The notes: a model not told the origin generated them from the letters alone. 64,000 nt of DNA from Patescibacteria group bacterium (GCA_041651095.1 JBAZJV010000006.1:8986-72985); one strand, 5' to 3'. Positions 1-8,196 are shown, counted from the stretch's first letter. A program made the numbers and translations.

Positions 1-46
1 TTTAGAGTCATAGTTTTTGGTCCATACGGACTTAGTTTAATATATC

Positions 47-73
47 TAACATTATGTTATATTATTCTAACAT
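47..73. promoter_or_regulatory. TAACAT/ATGTTA boxes (candidate operator) upstream of the first operon
   Basis: TAACAT-t-ATGTTA inverted repeat at 47-59 plus another TAACAT at 68-73. The same hexamer builds the palindromes at 2251-2310. Confidence 0.3.
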
Positions 74-106
74 TAATGTCAATATTTTTATTATTATATT
101 TTATTA

Positions 107-135
107 TTGACTTTTTTTAGAAAAAGTGCTATTAT
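107..135 (+). promoter_or_regulatory. sigma70-type promoter candidate
   Basis: TTGACT (107-112), 17-nt spacer, TATTAT (130-135), with TG at 127-128. A second extended -10, TGTTATAAT, lies at 173-181. Confidence 0.4.
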
Positions 136-208
136 TATTTGTTAGCGAAATTTGGCCATATTACCTAAATATTGTTATAATAATAGCAATACGCTAAATT
201 ATCAAAAT

Positions 209-388
209 ATGGCCCCGAAAATTTTTCCGTCCGATAAAATTAAGCTCATCAAAGATATCTATGGCCGGGCTTTAGCCGACATCAATCAGATCAGGAAAGA
301 CAGGGATCGGAAGATAAATGCCCTGGTCAAAACCATAGATAAAAGGAGCGCCGACCGGATATTGCGCGACATCAAAGGCTCTAAGTGA
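209..388 (+). CDS. hypothetical small K/R/D-rich helical protein (59 aa from ATG 209; ORF track starts at TTG 152)
   Basis: ORF 152..388. The in-frame ATG at 209 lies just downstream of the TGTTATAAT -10, and the sequence before it looks intergenic (A/T-rich). No family recognised. Confidence 0.35.
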   Translation: MAPKIFPSDKIKLIKDIYGRALADINQIRKDRDRKINALVKTIDKRSADRILRDIKGSK

Positions 389-403
389 TAATTTATAAAA
401 TAT

Positions 404-2089
404 ATGCCTATCGAAGATCGAAAGGCGGAAACGCCTTTAGAAAAAGCAAAAAGATTGAAAGCTGAGAAAGAGGAACGTGATCGGTCTAAGTTTGAGGCGT
501 CTGCCGCAGCAGAGGCCACAGCCGCGGCGCGAGAGGAACAACTAAATTCTTTAAACGGCCAGAAGGCTGATTTGGAGAACGCTTTACGTGAAATCGACAT
601 CAGGATTGAGGCCTCTCGGGGCGAAGCCCATGAGACCAGGGGCACTATGCGGGAGGCGGGCTTAGATCAGGATCCGGAGTTCGCGGGCGATTATAAAGCC
701 ACGGTTTCTGAAGTCGCCGGCAACTTGAATGAATTAAGGAATGAGCGCAATAGAATCAAGTCGGAGTTGGAACAAATTAATTTTAACATAGAAAATATTG
801 ATGTCGTGGCAGCCGTGCAGGAAGGCGAGAATGAGGTTAAGGGTTCCTTGGAGACGGTTGATCGGGAAAACCTCGAAACTGTCGATCAAATAAAAAATTA
901 TCCCAATGCCGAACTGTCAGACATTAATTCGGCTGCGGAAATTACCACGGCAACCGGAGCTGACGCGACAAAAGTCGCCGCGAGAGCTACCGCCGAAACG
1001 GCCGCGGTCGTCGATCCGGAACCCGGGGCGGATCAGGAGGTTTCTGACCGCCAATCAGAACAAACGGAAGAAGCCGCGCTATTCGCGGAATTTGATGCCA
1101 TGGACGTTTTCGTCGAGGAAAAAGAAAAAGGCGGCGACACCAGGCAGGCGCGCGATATCGGACGGGAGTTTTTAGGCATCAGCGACGAAGACTACAAAAA
1201 GGATCCGGCGGCGCAAGAAAGGCTGGATAGGATCTATGAGGTGCCGCGCTATCGGATGACTAAAGATATCTATTGTACCGGCGATATTACCTTTGATAAG
1301 TTCTATGCTCGCAAGAAAGATATCGTCCAAGCGATCATTAATACTAATAGGATTAATCGGACCTTGGAAGATTTAGAAAGGGCGAAGAAAGAGACGGCCG
1401 GCGTTTTTGACGGTAAATATAAATTAGATAATCTGTCCGAACAAGACAAACGGGAGATAAAGACAAAAGTGCAGACAGCTGATTTTAATAATCTTCAAGA
1501 TTTAGATCATCTGGAGACTCTTTTGGACAATCATGTCATCGATTCCCAGGATATTGTAAAGTGCATCAGACAGCGCGCGGCTAAGCACAAGATGTCAGCG
1601 TTTAACTCGCTGACCGGTTTGCCAGACTCTCTGCTTAATAAGCTGGATTTAAGGAAAGACTTTAAAGAGGAGGCGGAAGAAGAAATAAAGCAACCATTGC
1701 CGGATCTCCACACCCCGGGGGACATCGGCCATACGGCGATGCACAAGGTTACAGCCGCCGAGATCTTATACGGCAAACAGGCCGGCGAACTGAACGGTAA
1801 AGTATTCAACCATATTAATAATGTCGTGAATGATTTAGCTGCGAAAAATGACCCGGCGGATATTGCTACATTTTTTTCCGGCACCAAATACATGCAATGG
1901 CTAATCAGCCGACCAGAGATAAACCAACCGGCCATGAAAAAGCTTTTTAATAAATATCTTGATTATTTAAAACAGAATTCAGGCGCCCTAGAACATGGCG
2001 GCATCCATAAAGCTTGGTTAGCTAAGCAGCAAGGCTATATCAGTGAAGAAGAATTTAAGAAGATTTATCCGGAGAAAATAAAGCTTTAA
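404..2089 (+). CDS. hypothetical 561-aa protein with a coiled-coil N-terminus, an acidic low-complexity centre and a globular C-terminal part
   Basis: Long ORF 16 nt after the previous stop. The N-terminus is E/K/A-rich with heptad-like periodicity, and the centre is A/E/T/D-rich. No catalytic motif recognised. Confidence 0.6.
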   Translation: MPIEDRKAETPLEKAKRLKAEKEERDRSKFEASAAAEATAAAREEQLNSLNGQKADLENALREIDIRIEASRGEAHETRGTMREAGLDQDPEFAGDYKATVSEVAGNLNELRNERNRIKSELEQINFNIENIDVVAAVQEGENEVKGSLETVDRENLETVDQIKNYPNAELSDINSAAEITTATGADATKVAARATAETAAVVDPEPGADQEVSDRQSEQTEEAALFAEFDAMDVFVEEKEKGGDTRQARDIGREFLGISDEDYKKDPAAQERLDRIYEVPRYRMTKDIYCTGDITFDKFYARKKDIVQAIINTNRINRTLEDLERAKKETAGVFDGKYKLDNLSEQDKREIKTKVQTADFNNLQDLDHLETLLDNHVIDSQDIVKCIRQRAAKHKMSAFNSLTGLPDSLLNKLDLRKDFKEEAEEEIKQPLPDLHTPGDIGHTAMHKVTAAEILYGKQAGELNGKVFNHINNVVNDLAAKNDPADIATFFSGTKYMQWLISRPEINQPAMKKLFNKYLDYLKQNSGALEHGGIHKAWLAKQQGYISEEEFKKIYPEKIKL

Positions 2090-2133
2090 TTTGGTTGCGC
2101 CCGGTTAAAAAATAGGAATTTCGTGTTTCAAAA

Positions 2134-2158
2134 GGCCCGGCTATCGCCGGGTCTTTTT
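2134..2158 (+). terminator. rho-independent terminator candidate
   Basis: GGCCCGGC-tatc-GCCGGGTC stem (one G.U pair) followed by TTTTT, 45 nt after the stop of the 561-aa ORF. Confidence 0.6.
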
Positions 2159-2250
2159 ATTTTATAATTTTAAGATTCCAGTCCCGCCTTTATACGCAAA
2201 ATCGCGTATTTTAGATATTTTTAGCTAAAAACAAACAAAAAATTAATATT

Positions 2251-2310
2251 ATGTTAACTATTGATTATTTAGTTAACATATGTTAATATATAAATATATG
2301 ATGTTAACAT
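2251..2310. promoter_or_regulatory. array of ATGTTAA half-sites (candidate operator of the HTH-Doc operon)
   Basis: ATGTTAAC at 2251-2258. 14-bp perfect palindrome TTAACATATGTTAA at 2273-2286. 10-bp perfect palindrome ATGTTAACAT at 2301-2310, 7 nt before the ATG at 2317. Confidence 0.5.
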
Positions 2311-2316
2311 GAAAAT

Positions 2317-2589
2317 ATGAAAAATATAAATAATCAAAATCAAAACTTTTTAACAGTAAAACAGTTGGCCGATATTTTAGGCATAAGCCGTATTGCCGTT
2401 TTTAATAAAATAAAAAAAGGACAACTGATGGCGGCAAAAGCCGGTAAAACTTATCTAATTCCGAAGGACCAATTAACCGGCATCATTAATAATAATCTGT
2501 CTGAAGAAGAAAAAGTAAAAATTAAAAAAGGGGTCAGCAAGGTCATTCGTGATTACGGCGAAACTTTAAAGATGCTAGGCAAAGAATAA
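2317..2589 (+). CDS. excisionase/MerR-type helix-turn-helix DNA-binding protein, putative antitoxin
   Basis: The N-terminus LTVKQLADILGISRIAVFNKIKKGQL...YLIP resembles the excisionase-family HTH. The stop lies 1 nt before the Doc-like gene. The C-terminal tail is charged. Confidence 0.7.
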   Translation: MKNINNQNQNFLTVKQLADILGISRIAVFNKIKKGQLMAAKAGKTYLIPKDQLTGIINNNLSEEEKVKIKKGVSKVIRDYGETLKMLGKE

Positions 2590-2590
2590 T

Positions 2591-3022
2591 ATGGTTAAAC
2601 CAATAACTTTGGAAAAAATACAATATATCGCTTTCTCTTTAGCCAAGGATACCTTAGAGTGGGACGAACCGATTCCTCCTTTCGAATCTCGCCTTCCTAA
2701 TATATTAGAGAGTTGTGCTGCGACCCCATTCCAAAGATTTAATAAAAAATCATTATATCTCGGCCTGATCGGCAAAGGGGCGATTTTGTTTTACTTATTA
2801 ATAAAAAATCATCCTTTTCAAAATGGAAATAAACGGATTGCGGTTACCTCGCTTTTAGTTTTTCTTTACATTAATGATAAATGGCTAAAGGTAGACTCCA
2901 AAGAGTTATATAATTTTTCTGTTTGGATCGCGCAAAGTCCGCCTAAATTAAAACAAGAAGTTATTAAAGCGATTGAAAGATTTATTAAAACTTATTTAGT
3001 AGATTTTGAACCCACTCAATAG
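2591..3022 (+). CDS. doc: Fic/Doc family protein, Doc (death-on-curing) type toxin
   Basis: The motif HPFQNGNKRIA matches the Doc-type variant HxFx(D/N)(A/G)NKR of the Fic motif. The 143-aa size and tight coupling to an upstream small DNA-binding gene also fit. Confidence 0.8.
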   Translation: MVKPITLEKIQYIAFSLAKDTLEWDEPIPPFESRLPNILESCAATPFQRFNKKSLYLGLIGKGAILFYLLIKNHPFQNGNKRIAVTSLLVFLYINDKWLKVDSKELYNFSVWIAQSPPKLKQEVIKAIERFIKTYLVDFEPTQ

Positions 3023-3032
3023 ATTGAGCACC

Positions 3033-3060
3033 AAAAAGACCCCAATTGAGGAGTCTTTTT
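3033..3060. terminator. bidirectional hairpin terminator candidate
   Basis: An imperfect AGACCCC...GAGGAGTCT stem with A5 before and T5 after, between the convergent doc gene and tRNA-Glu. Confidence 0.45.
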
Positions 3061-3066
3061 ATTTTG

Positions 3067-3138
3067 TAGTCCCTAGGGGAATCGAACCCCTCTTACCAGG
3101 ATGAGAACCTGGCGTCCTAGCCGATAGACGAAGGGACC
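3067..3138 (-). tRNA. tRNA-Glu (anticodon CUC)
   Basis: The reverse complement folds as a cloverleaf: acceptor GGTCCCT/AGGGACT, anticodon stem CCAGG/CCTGG, loop TTCTCAT, T-arm AGGGG-TTCGATT-CCCCT. No encoded CCA. Confidence 0.85.
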
Positions 3139-3176
3139 ATCAATTATCCGTATTTATGCTTAATTCGTATCTATGC

Positions 3177-4136
3177 TTAGTGCAGTATCTGGCCGATCAA
3201 AGCGCTATGGCCGCGCTTAAATTCTTCCGCCGAGAGCGGCTTGCCGCCGGCCATTTGTAATCTTAATATACTGAGCGCCGCTTGTCCACACTGGACCAGT
3301 AATTTCCCGTCGCTCAGGAACATTTCTCCGATTTGATGATTGGCGCTGCCGATTGGTTCGCGCTCGACGGACAAGATTTTCAATGATTTACCGTCCGGGG
3401 AAACCGTATAACTGCCCGGCCAGGGATCATAAGCGCGAACTTGGCGCTCTATCTCTATTGCCGGTTTCGACCAATCAATGCGGCCGTCCGTTTTATTCAG
3501 GATTTTTACGTAACTGGCTCGGCTTTCATCCTGCGCTTGCGGCTTGATCTTCCCCTGGACGAAGTCCTTAATGGTTGGAATCAACTCCTTAGCGCCGAGC
3601 TCGGCTAGCCGGTCATGCAGGTCGGACAGGGTTTCGCGGCCGGATAATTTTATCTTAGCTTGCCGTAAAATCGGGCCGGTGTCAAGGCCGGCGTCTATTT
3701 GCATAATCGTCACGCCGGTTTCGGCGTCACCGTTCAAGATCGGCGCGTTCAGGCAGCTGGCCCCGCGGTATTTCGGCAAGAGCGAAGCATGGACGTTCAG
3801 GCAGCCGTATTCGGGAATAGTTAATATTTCCGGCGGGATTATTTTGCCGTAAGCGATGACGATGATCAGATCTGGTTGCAGGTCTCGGATAGCCTGGGTA
3901 GCCGTCTTAATCTTAGCCGGCTGGAAAACCGGGATCTGGTGCTGCTCGGCCAATCGTTTTATCGGCGGCGGAGTAAGGGCTTGTCGCCGGCCGACCGGCT
4001 TATCGGCCTGAGTAAAAACGGCGGCCAGTTCAAAAGACGGCTCATCCAAGAGAGCTTGCAAGCCGGGGCAGGCGAATTCCGGCGTGCCCATGAAAATCAG
4101 GCGTAACTTTTTATCGGCGAGGCGCGTTGATGGCAT
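3177..4136 (-). CDS. fmt: methionyl-tRNA formyltransferase
   Basis: 319 aa. The N-terminus reads RLIFMGTPEFA. The motifs NVHASLLPKYRGA and PIxxG are present, together with the C-terminal Fmt domain. Confidence 0.9.
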   Translation of the reverse strand: MPSTRLADKKLRLIFMGTPEFACPGLQALLDEPSFELAAVFTQADKPVGRRQALTPPPIKRLAEQHQIPVFQPAKIKTATQAIRDLQPDLIIVIAYGKIIPPEILTIPEYGCLNVHASLLPKYRGASCLNAPILNGDAETGVTIMQIDAGLDTGPILRQAKIKLSGRETLSDLHDRLAELGAKELIPTIKDFVQGKIKPQAQDESRASYVKILNKTDGRIDWSKPAIEIERQVRAYDPWPGSYTVSPDGKSLKILSVEREPIGSANHQIGEMFLSDGKLLVQCGQAALSILRLQMAGGKPLSAEEFKRGHSALIGQILH

Positions 4137-4210
4137 AGTATCGGTGGACAGTCCTGGTAAGGGGATGATATGATGAAATTAGATTTTATTATGGTTTATC
4201 CATTATAGCT

Positions 4211-4840
4211 ATGTGGGAGGAGTTAATCAATTGGGTGCTCGACGTGACGCAAGGCTTGGGCTATACCGGCATTACGATTCTGATGGCTATTGAGAGTTCG
4301 ATCCTGCCTTTGCCTTCGGAAATCGTGATCCCGCCGGCCGCCTATCTGGCCAGCCAGGGCAAGCTGGAACTATGGCTGATCATCTTGGCCGGCACGCTCG
4401 GCAGCGTTATCGGGGCGACCGTCAATTATGTCATCTCTCTGTATTTGGGTCGGCCCTTGGTCTATAAGCTGGCCGGGACGCGCTATGCTCGCTGGTTGTT
4501 GATCACGCCGGAAAAGATCACCCGCGCTGAACAGTATTTCCTGGCGAACGACCGTTCCGCTACTTTTTTCGGACGTCTGATTCCGGTGGTCCGCCACCTG
4601 ATTTCCATTCCGGCCGGATTTTCACGCATGCCTTTCGGCTTATTCATCGTCTATACGGCTTTAGGGGCGGCGGTTTGGGTCAGCATCCTGGCCGCGCTCG
4701 GTTATTTCGTCGGCGCCAACCAGGCGCTTTTGCTAAAATATTATCGGGAGATTTCCTGGGGCTTGCTGCTCTTAGGCGTCACCTGGGTCGGTTGGAAAAT
4801 GATCAAGAATTTCGGGCAGGGAGGCGAGCTTAAAAAATAA
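4211..4840 (+). CDS. DedA/SNARE-associated family membrane protein
   Basis: 209 aa, multi-pass. Carries the DedA-type motifs ESSILPLPSEIVIPPAAY and FFGRLIPVVRHLISIPAG. Confidence 0.8.
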   Translation: MWEELINWVLDVTQGLGYTGITILMAIESSILPLPSEIVIPPAAYLASQGKLELWLIILAGTLGSVIGATVNYVISLYLGRPLVYKLAGTRYARWLLITPEKITRAEQYFLANDRSATFFGRLIPVVRHLISIPAGFSRMPFGLFIVYTALGAAVWVSILAALGYFVGANQALLLKYYREISWGLLLLGVTWVGWKMIKNFGQGGELKK

Positions 4841-4912
4841 AACAGATCAAGACGGGAAGCGGCGCGGTTGATGCGGCTTCGCGAAATCGATTTTAAAATA
4901 GGATTAGCCACC

Positions 4913-5407
4913 CTATTTTTTTGCCGGTTTTTTCGGCCGCGGGGCGATCTTATCGATGAATAAGATCCCGTCCAGGTGGTCGATTTCGTGCTGGATGACG
5001 CGCGCCAGCATCTTGGCGGCGCTGATTTTTTGTTTGTTCCCCCGGGCGTCCAGATAAACGCAATTCACTTTCTTGTAGCGTTCGACCGGCGCGTAGATGA
5101 TTTCGCCCTGGTCGTTTAAGACCGAGAGGCAGCCCTCTTCCTCTATTTCCCGCACCCAGGACCGTTTAGTGATCTGGGGATTGACCAGCGTCAGCGTCTT
5201 TTCTTCATCGCCCACGACGATGATCCGCAAGTGCTTATCGACTTGCGGCGCGGCCAGGCCGGCGCCGTCTTTCCGGCGCATGGTTTCCCCCAGGTCGGCA
5301 ATCAGTTCCTGGATCGCCGGACTCTTAAGCTCCTCGTCCGTCACCGGGCGCGATTTTTTACGCAGCCCCGGGTCGGGATGTATTAATATTGGTAATTCTT
5401 TAGGCAT
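4913..5407 (-). CDS. def: peptide deformylase
   Basis: 164 aa with the three PDF motifs GAGLAAPQV, EGCLS and QHEIDHLDG. Confidence 0.92.
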   Translation of the reverse strand: MPKELPILIHPDPGLRKKSRPVTDEELKSPAIQELIADLGETMRRKDGAGLAAPQVDKHLRIIVVGDEEKTLTLVNPQITKRSWVREIEEEGCLSVLNDQGEIIYAPVERYKKVNCVYLDARGNKQKISAAKMLARVIQHEIDHLDGILFIDKIAPRPKKPAKK

Positions 5408-5411
5408 AAAT

Positions 5412-5669
5412 TTAATATTGATCGATGATCTTGAAGAAATATTTCCATCGGGCGCCGTCGCGGCAGAGTTCTTTGGTGTCGTTCAAAGCCAGTTCCACGC
5501 GGCCGGCCGGTTTTTCCTTGCAGACTTTGAAGACGGCGGAGCGTTTGAAGTTCGGGACGGACAATTCTTTGATGACGCGCAAGGCCAAATCCTGCCAGGG
5601 ATAGCTCGGTGCTTTGACGGCCGGCTTCTTTTGGAAAATTTCCGATACGGAACTGAAATGGCCAGACAT
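5412..5669 (-). CDS. hypothetical 85-aa protein (internal ATG of ORF 5412..5771)
   Basis: Starting at ATG 5669 removes the overlap with the upstream gene, whose stop is at 5693. Codon style matches the backbone. No family recognised. Confidence 0.35.
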   Translation of the reverse strand: MSGHFSSVSEIFQKKPAVKAPSYPWQDLALRVIKELSVPNFKRSAVFKVCKEKPAGRVELALNDTKELCRDGARWKYFFKIIDQY

Positions 5670-5692
5670 ATATATAGGACGGGCAAGGTCCG

Positions 5693-6496
5693 TTATGATG
5701 GCAGCTGGAAATCCACGCTGAGATAACCGACGCCGAAATCGGTCTGATAGGCGAGGATTGCCGGTTGCCAAGCGGCGGCCGGCAGTATTCCCAGCAAGAT
5801 GAGCAGCGGCTTAAGGCCACATTCCAGCGCTTCCGAGACGAATTTCGGGTCCATTTTCAAGATATTGTCAGCAGCCGTCGCCGGCTCGCTTAAGTATTCT
5901 ATGAGCTTGTTGTCGAATTTCGCGCCTTTGGGCGAATAACCGCCCGGCGATTTCTTTTTCAGGCGGTGGGACAGGTCGCCGGAGGCGATAACCGCCAAAC
6001 GCTTGCCGCTTTCCGCCAGGGCGGTTTGCAATTTCTGTCCGAACGCTAACTGATCTGGCAAATCCAGGGCTTCGCCCGGCGAGATTACCAGCGCCTTGGC
6101 TTGCGGCAGTGATTGGCGCAGTAAGTATAGAGGAACGGCGCTGCCGTTATCGAGCACGCTTTCCGAGACTAATTGTACCGAAAAGTCAGGGCGCAGGGCG
6201 GCCGTGATTTGGTCGGCCAGGCGGGCGTCTCCCGGCCAGGCGGTCTTAGACGGAATGAAACCGAAATCTTTCAGATCGACGGCCATTTCCGGCGCGACAT
6301 TGAGGAGAAAAGAGTCGTGACTTCCGCCGGCATGCGGGCTGAGCACGATGATCGTTTCAATCTCGGCAGCCTGCAATTTAGCCGCTATCCGTTCGTAGGC
6401 GGCGGCGCTTTTGGCCAGGAATTTATAATTAGCCTGGCCGATTTCCGGAATCAGCAAGGGCGAATGTGGCAATAGGGCGGCGACGCTTAAGGGCAT
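5693..6496 (-). CDS. LigB/MEMO-like (class III extradiol dioxygenase superfamily) protein
   Basis: 267 aa. LLPHSP, IVLSPHAGG and IASGDLSHRL resemble the His-containing motifs of the LigB/AmmeMemoRadiSam-B fold. The specific function is unknown. Confidence 0.5.
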   Translation of the reverse strand: MPLSVAALLPHSPLLIPEIGQANYKFLAKSAAAYERIAAKLQAAEIETIIVLSPHAGGSHDSFLLNVAPEMAVDLKDFGFIPSKTAWPGDARLADQITAALRPDFSVQLVSESVLDNGSAVPLYLLRQSLPQAKALVISPGEALDLPDQLAFGQKLQTALAESGKRLAVIASGDLSHRLKKKSPGGYSPKGAKFDNKLIEYLSEPATAADNILKMDPKFVSEALECGLKPLLILLGILPAAAWQPAILAYQTDFGVGYLSVDFQLPS

Positions 6497-6501
6497 ATGG
6501 A

Positions 6502-7983
6502 TTATTGAATAGGCTCTCCCATGTCGTAGTTGTATAGGAATTGCGAAGAAACGGTTAAGACGTTAGCCGGATCATAGTTATACTTAGTAAAGGTTGCGTC
6601 ATCGGCAAAGGGGCGTTTCTTGCCGCCGGAGATCAGGTAAACGGTCGGGTAACTGGCCGTTCTGGCCAGCGTGCCTTCGTCTAAGAGCACGGGCGTGGTC
6701 GTGGCATAAGTCTTTAGTTCTTTCGTCGTTTTCTTGATTATTTTCTGGTCGGCGAACTTGCTATCGAGCAGCGCCTTGTCGACCGGCGCTTTCTGGCCGT
6801 CCTGGACATAGAAAATATCGCCGGTCTTGGTATCTTGCAGCAGGGCGCCGGTCACGTAGCTGGAAGTTGCCGTGATGGTCGGCCCGACCTGATAAGACAG
6901 GAGGTCGTCAGCCGTCACCTGATCGATTTCTTCCGGATTGAAACCGATTTTTTTGAAGACCGCAGGGCTGGCGAAAGGCCGCTTGGCGCCGTCGACCAAC
7001 AGGTAGATCTTCTTGTCCGGCGTCTGGACCAGCGAGTAGTTGGCAAATTTTATTTCATCGCCCGCCGGATAGTTGCCTAAGTCATCGGCTGTAACGGTTA
7101 CGATTTGATTCGGCTTGAAACGGGAGATGAAAGCCGACCAGTTGGCGAAAGGCTGTTTTTTGCCGTCTTTGATCAACCAGACTTTCGGATCGCCTTCGGC
7201 TTTGATGACCGAACCGTCCGGATAACGGCGATCGACTTGCGGGAAGTAACGCTTCCAGAGCCGGAAGACGTTGTAATTGCCGTTGAAGACGTGCGGCGTG
7301 TAGTTATACAAGGCGGCGGTCGCTTGGTTTTGCGGCGTGATGCTCGACGTGGCGTCGCTCGTGTAGGAGCCGGTCGTATTCTTGACCACGTAGCTTTGCC
7401 CGACCTTATAAGTATATTTCCCGGGTTCGTTCATATAGGCGCGGAATTGTAGCGCCGCGCTGTTGACCTGCTTGCCAAAACCTTTGTAGTAAGGATTGCA
7501 GACCCAGCTGTCCGGGCAGCCGTAGCCGGTCGCCCAATCCAGCCGGCCTTGGGACGGATTGCCGTCTTCTACCAGGCTGGCCTCTTTTTGTAAGAGGACC
7601 AGGAGGAATTTAGGATTGACCGTAGTAATGTGCCGGCATTTGGCCGCTTTTTCCGCCTCGGTCGGCTGATCGCTCAAGGTAACGCCGTCGCAATCGTAAT
7701 TATTGTGCGTCGCGTCATAGATGATTTCGGCCGCCGACTTCAAGTCGCCGTGCGTATTTATCGCCGTGTAGTTGGCCAGGAAGCTGCCGCGAGCTTGCAG
7801 AAAATTCTGGATATCGGACAGGTTCATGGCGTCATAAGCCATGAGCTCGCTATCCTCGACGATCCGGTTCGGGTTGAAATTAGGGTCAGGGGTTATTTGG
7901 GCGTTCGTCGGGGTAGAGACAAATAAAAAGGGGATGAGTAGCACCGCCCCCCAAATGGCGATAGTAGTTGTTTGGTTTTTCAT
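6502..7983 (-). CDS. secreted protein with four C-terminal ~55-aa repeats
   Basis: 493 aa. N-terminal signal peptide (IAIWGAVLLIPFLFVSTPTNA). The C-terminal half carries four repeats of the type (V/I)(W/Y)L(I/L)xxGKK(Q/R)PFxxxxxF. Confidence 0.6.
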   Translation of the reverse strand: MKNQTTTIAIWGAVLLIPFLFVSTPTNAQITPDPNFNPNRIVEDSELMAYDAMNLSDIQNFLQARGSFLANYTAINTHGDLKSAAEIIYDATHNNYDCDGVTLSDQPTEAEKAAKCRHITTVNPKFLLVLLQKEASLVEDGNPSQGRLDWATGYGCPDSWVCNPYYKGFGKQVNSAALQFRAYMNEPGKYTYKVGQSYVVKNTTGSYTSDATSSITPQNQATAALYNYTPHVFNGNYNVFRLWKRYFPQVDRRYPDGSVIKAEGDPKVWLIKDGKKQPFANWSAFISRFKPNQIVTVTADDLGNYPAGDEIKFANYSLVQTPDKKIYLLVDGAKRPFASPAVFKKIGFNPEEIDQVTADDLLSYQVGPTITATSSYVTGALLQDTKTGDIFYVQDGQKAPVDKALLDSKFADQKIIKKTTKELKTYATTTPVLLDEGTLARTASYPTVYLISGGKKRPFADDATFTKYNYDPANVLTVSSQFLYNYDMGEPIQ

Positions 7984-8110
7984 GCCTTCATTATAATATA
8001 ATTTTCGATTAGGGACAAATTAGCCTTATTTTTTTTAATTTTAGCTTATTTTATAATTTTTTGGTTTATCGGTCGCGAGCCGTCTTAACTTGGTTATTCT
8101 TAATTTTCTA

Positions 8111-8139
8111 TTGACAAAAATTAATAAATAATGTACAAT
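8111..8139 (+). promoter_or_regulatory. sigma70 promoter (TTGACA-17-TACAAT, TG-extended)
   Basis: TTGACA at 8111-8116, 17-nt spacer, TG at 8132-8133, TACAAT at 8134-8139. The 30-mer matches 32924-32953 at 28 of 30 positions. Confidence 0.55.
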
Positions 8140-8196
8140 TTGAGCATTAATTAAGCTAGTTCGTTTAACAAATCATTCATTAAATTGGGAGTTATC

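Noticed and set aside
5097-5820. Competing ORFs between def and the LigB-like gene: 5097..5726 (+), 5383..5820 (-), 5483..5686 (-), and the long form 5412..5771.
   Set aside because: They overlap def or the LigB-like gene extensively. Only the frame of 5412..5669, started at the internal ATG, fits between the two neighbours without overlap. Even that call is kept at low confidence.
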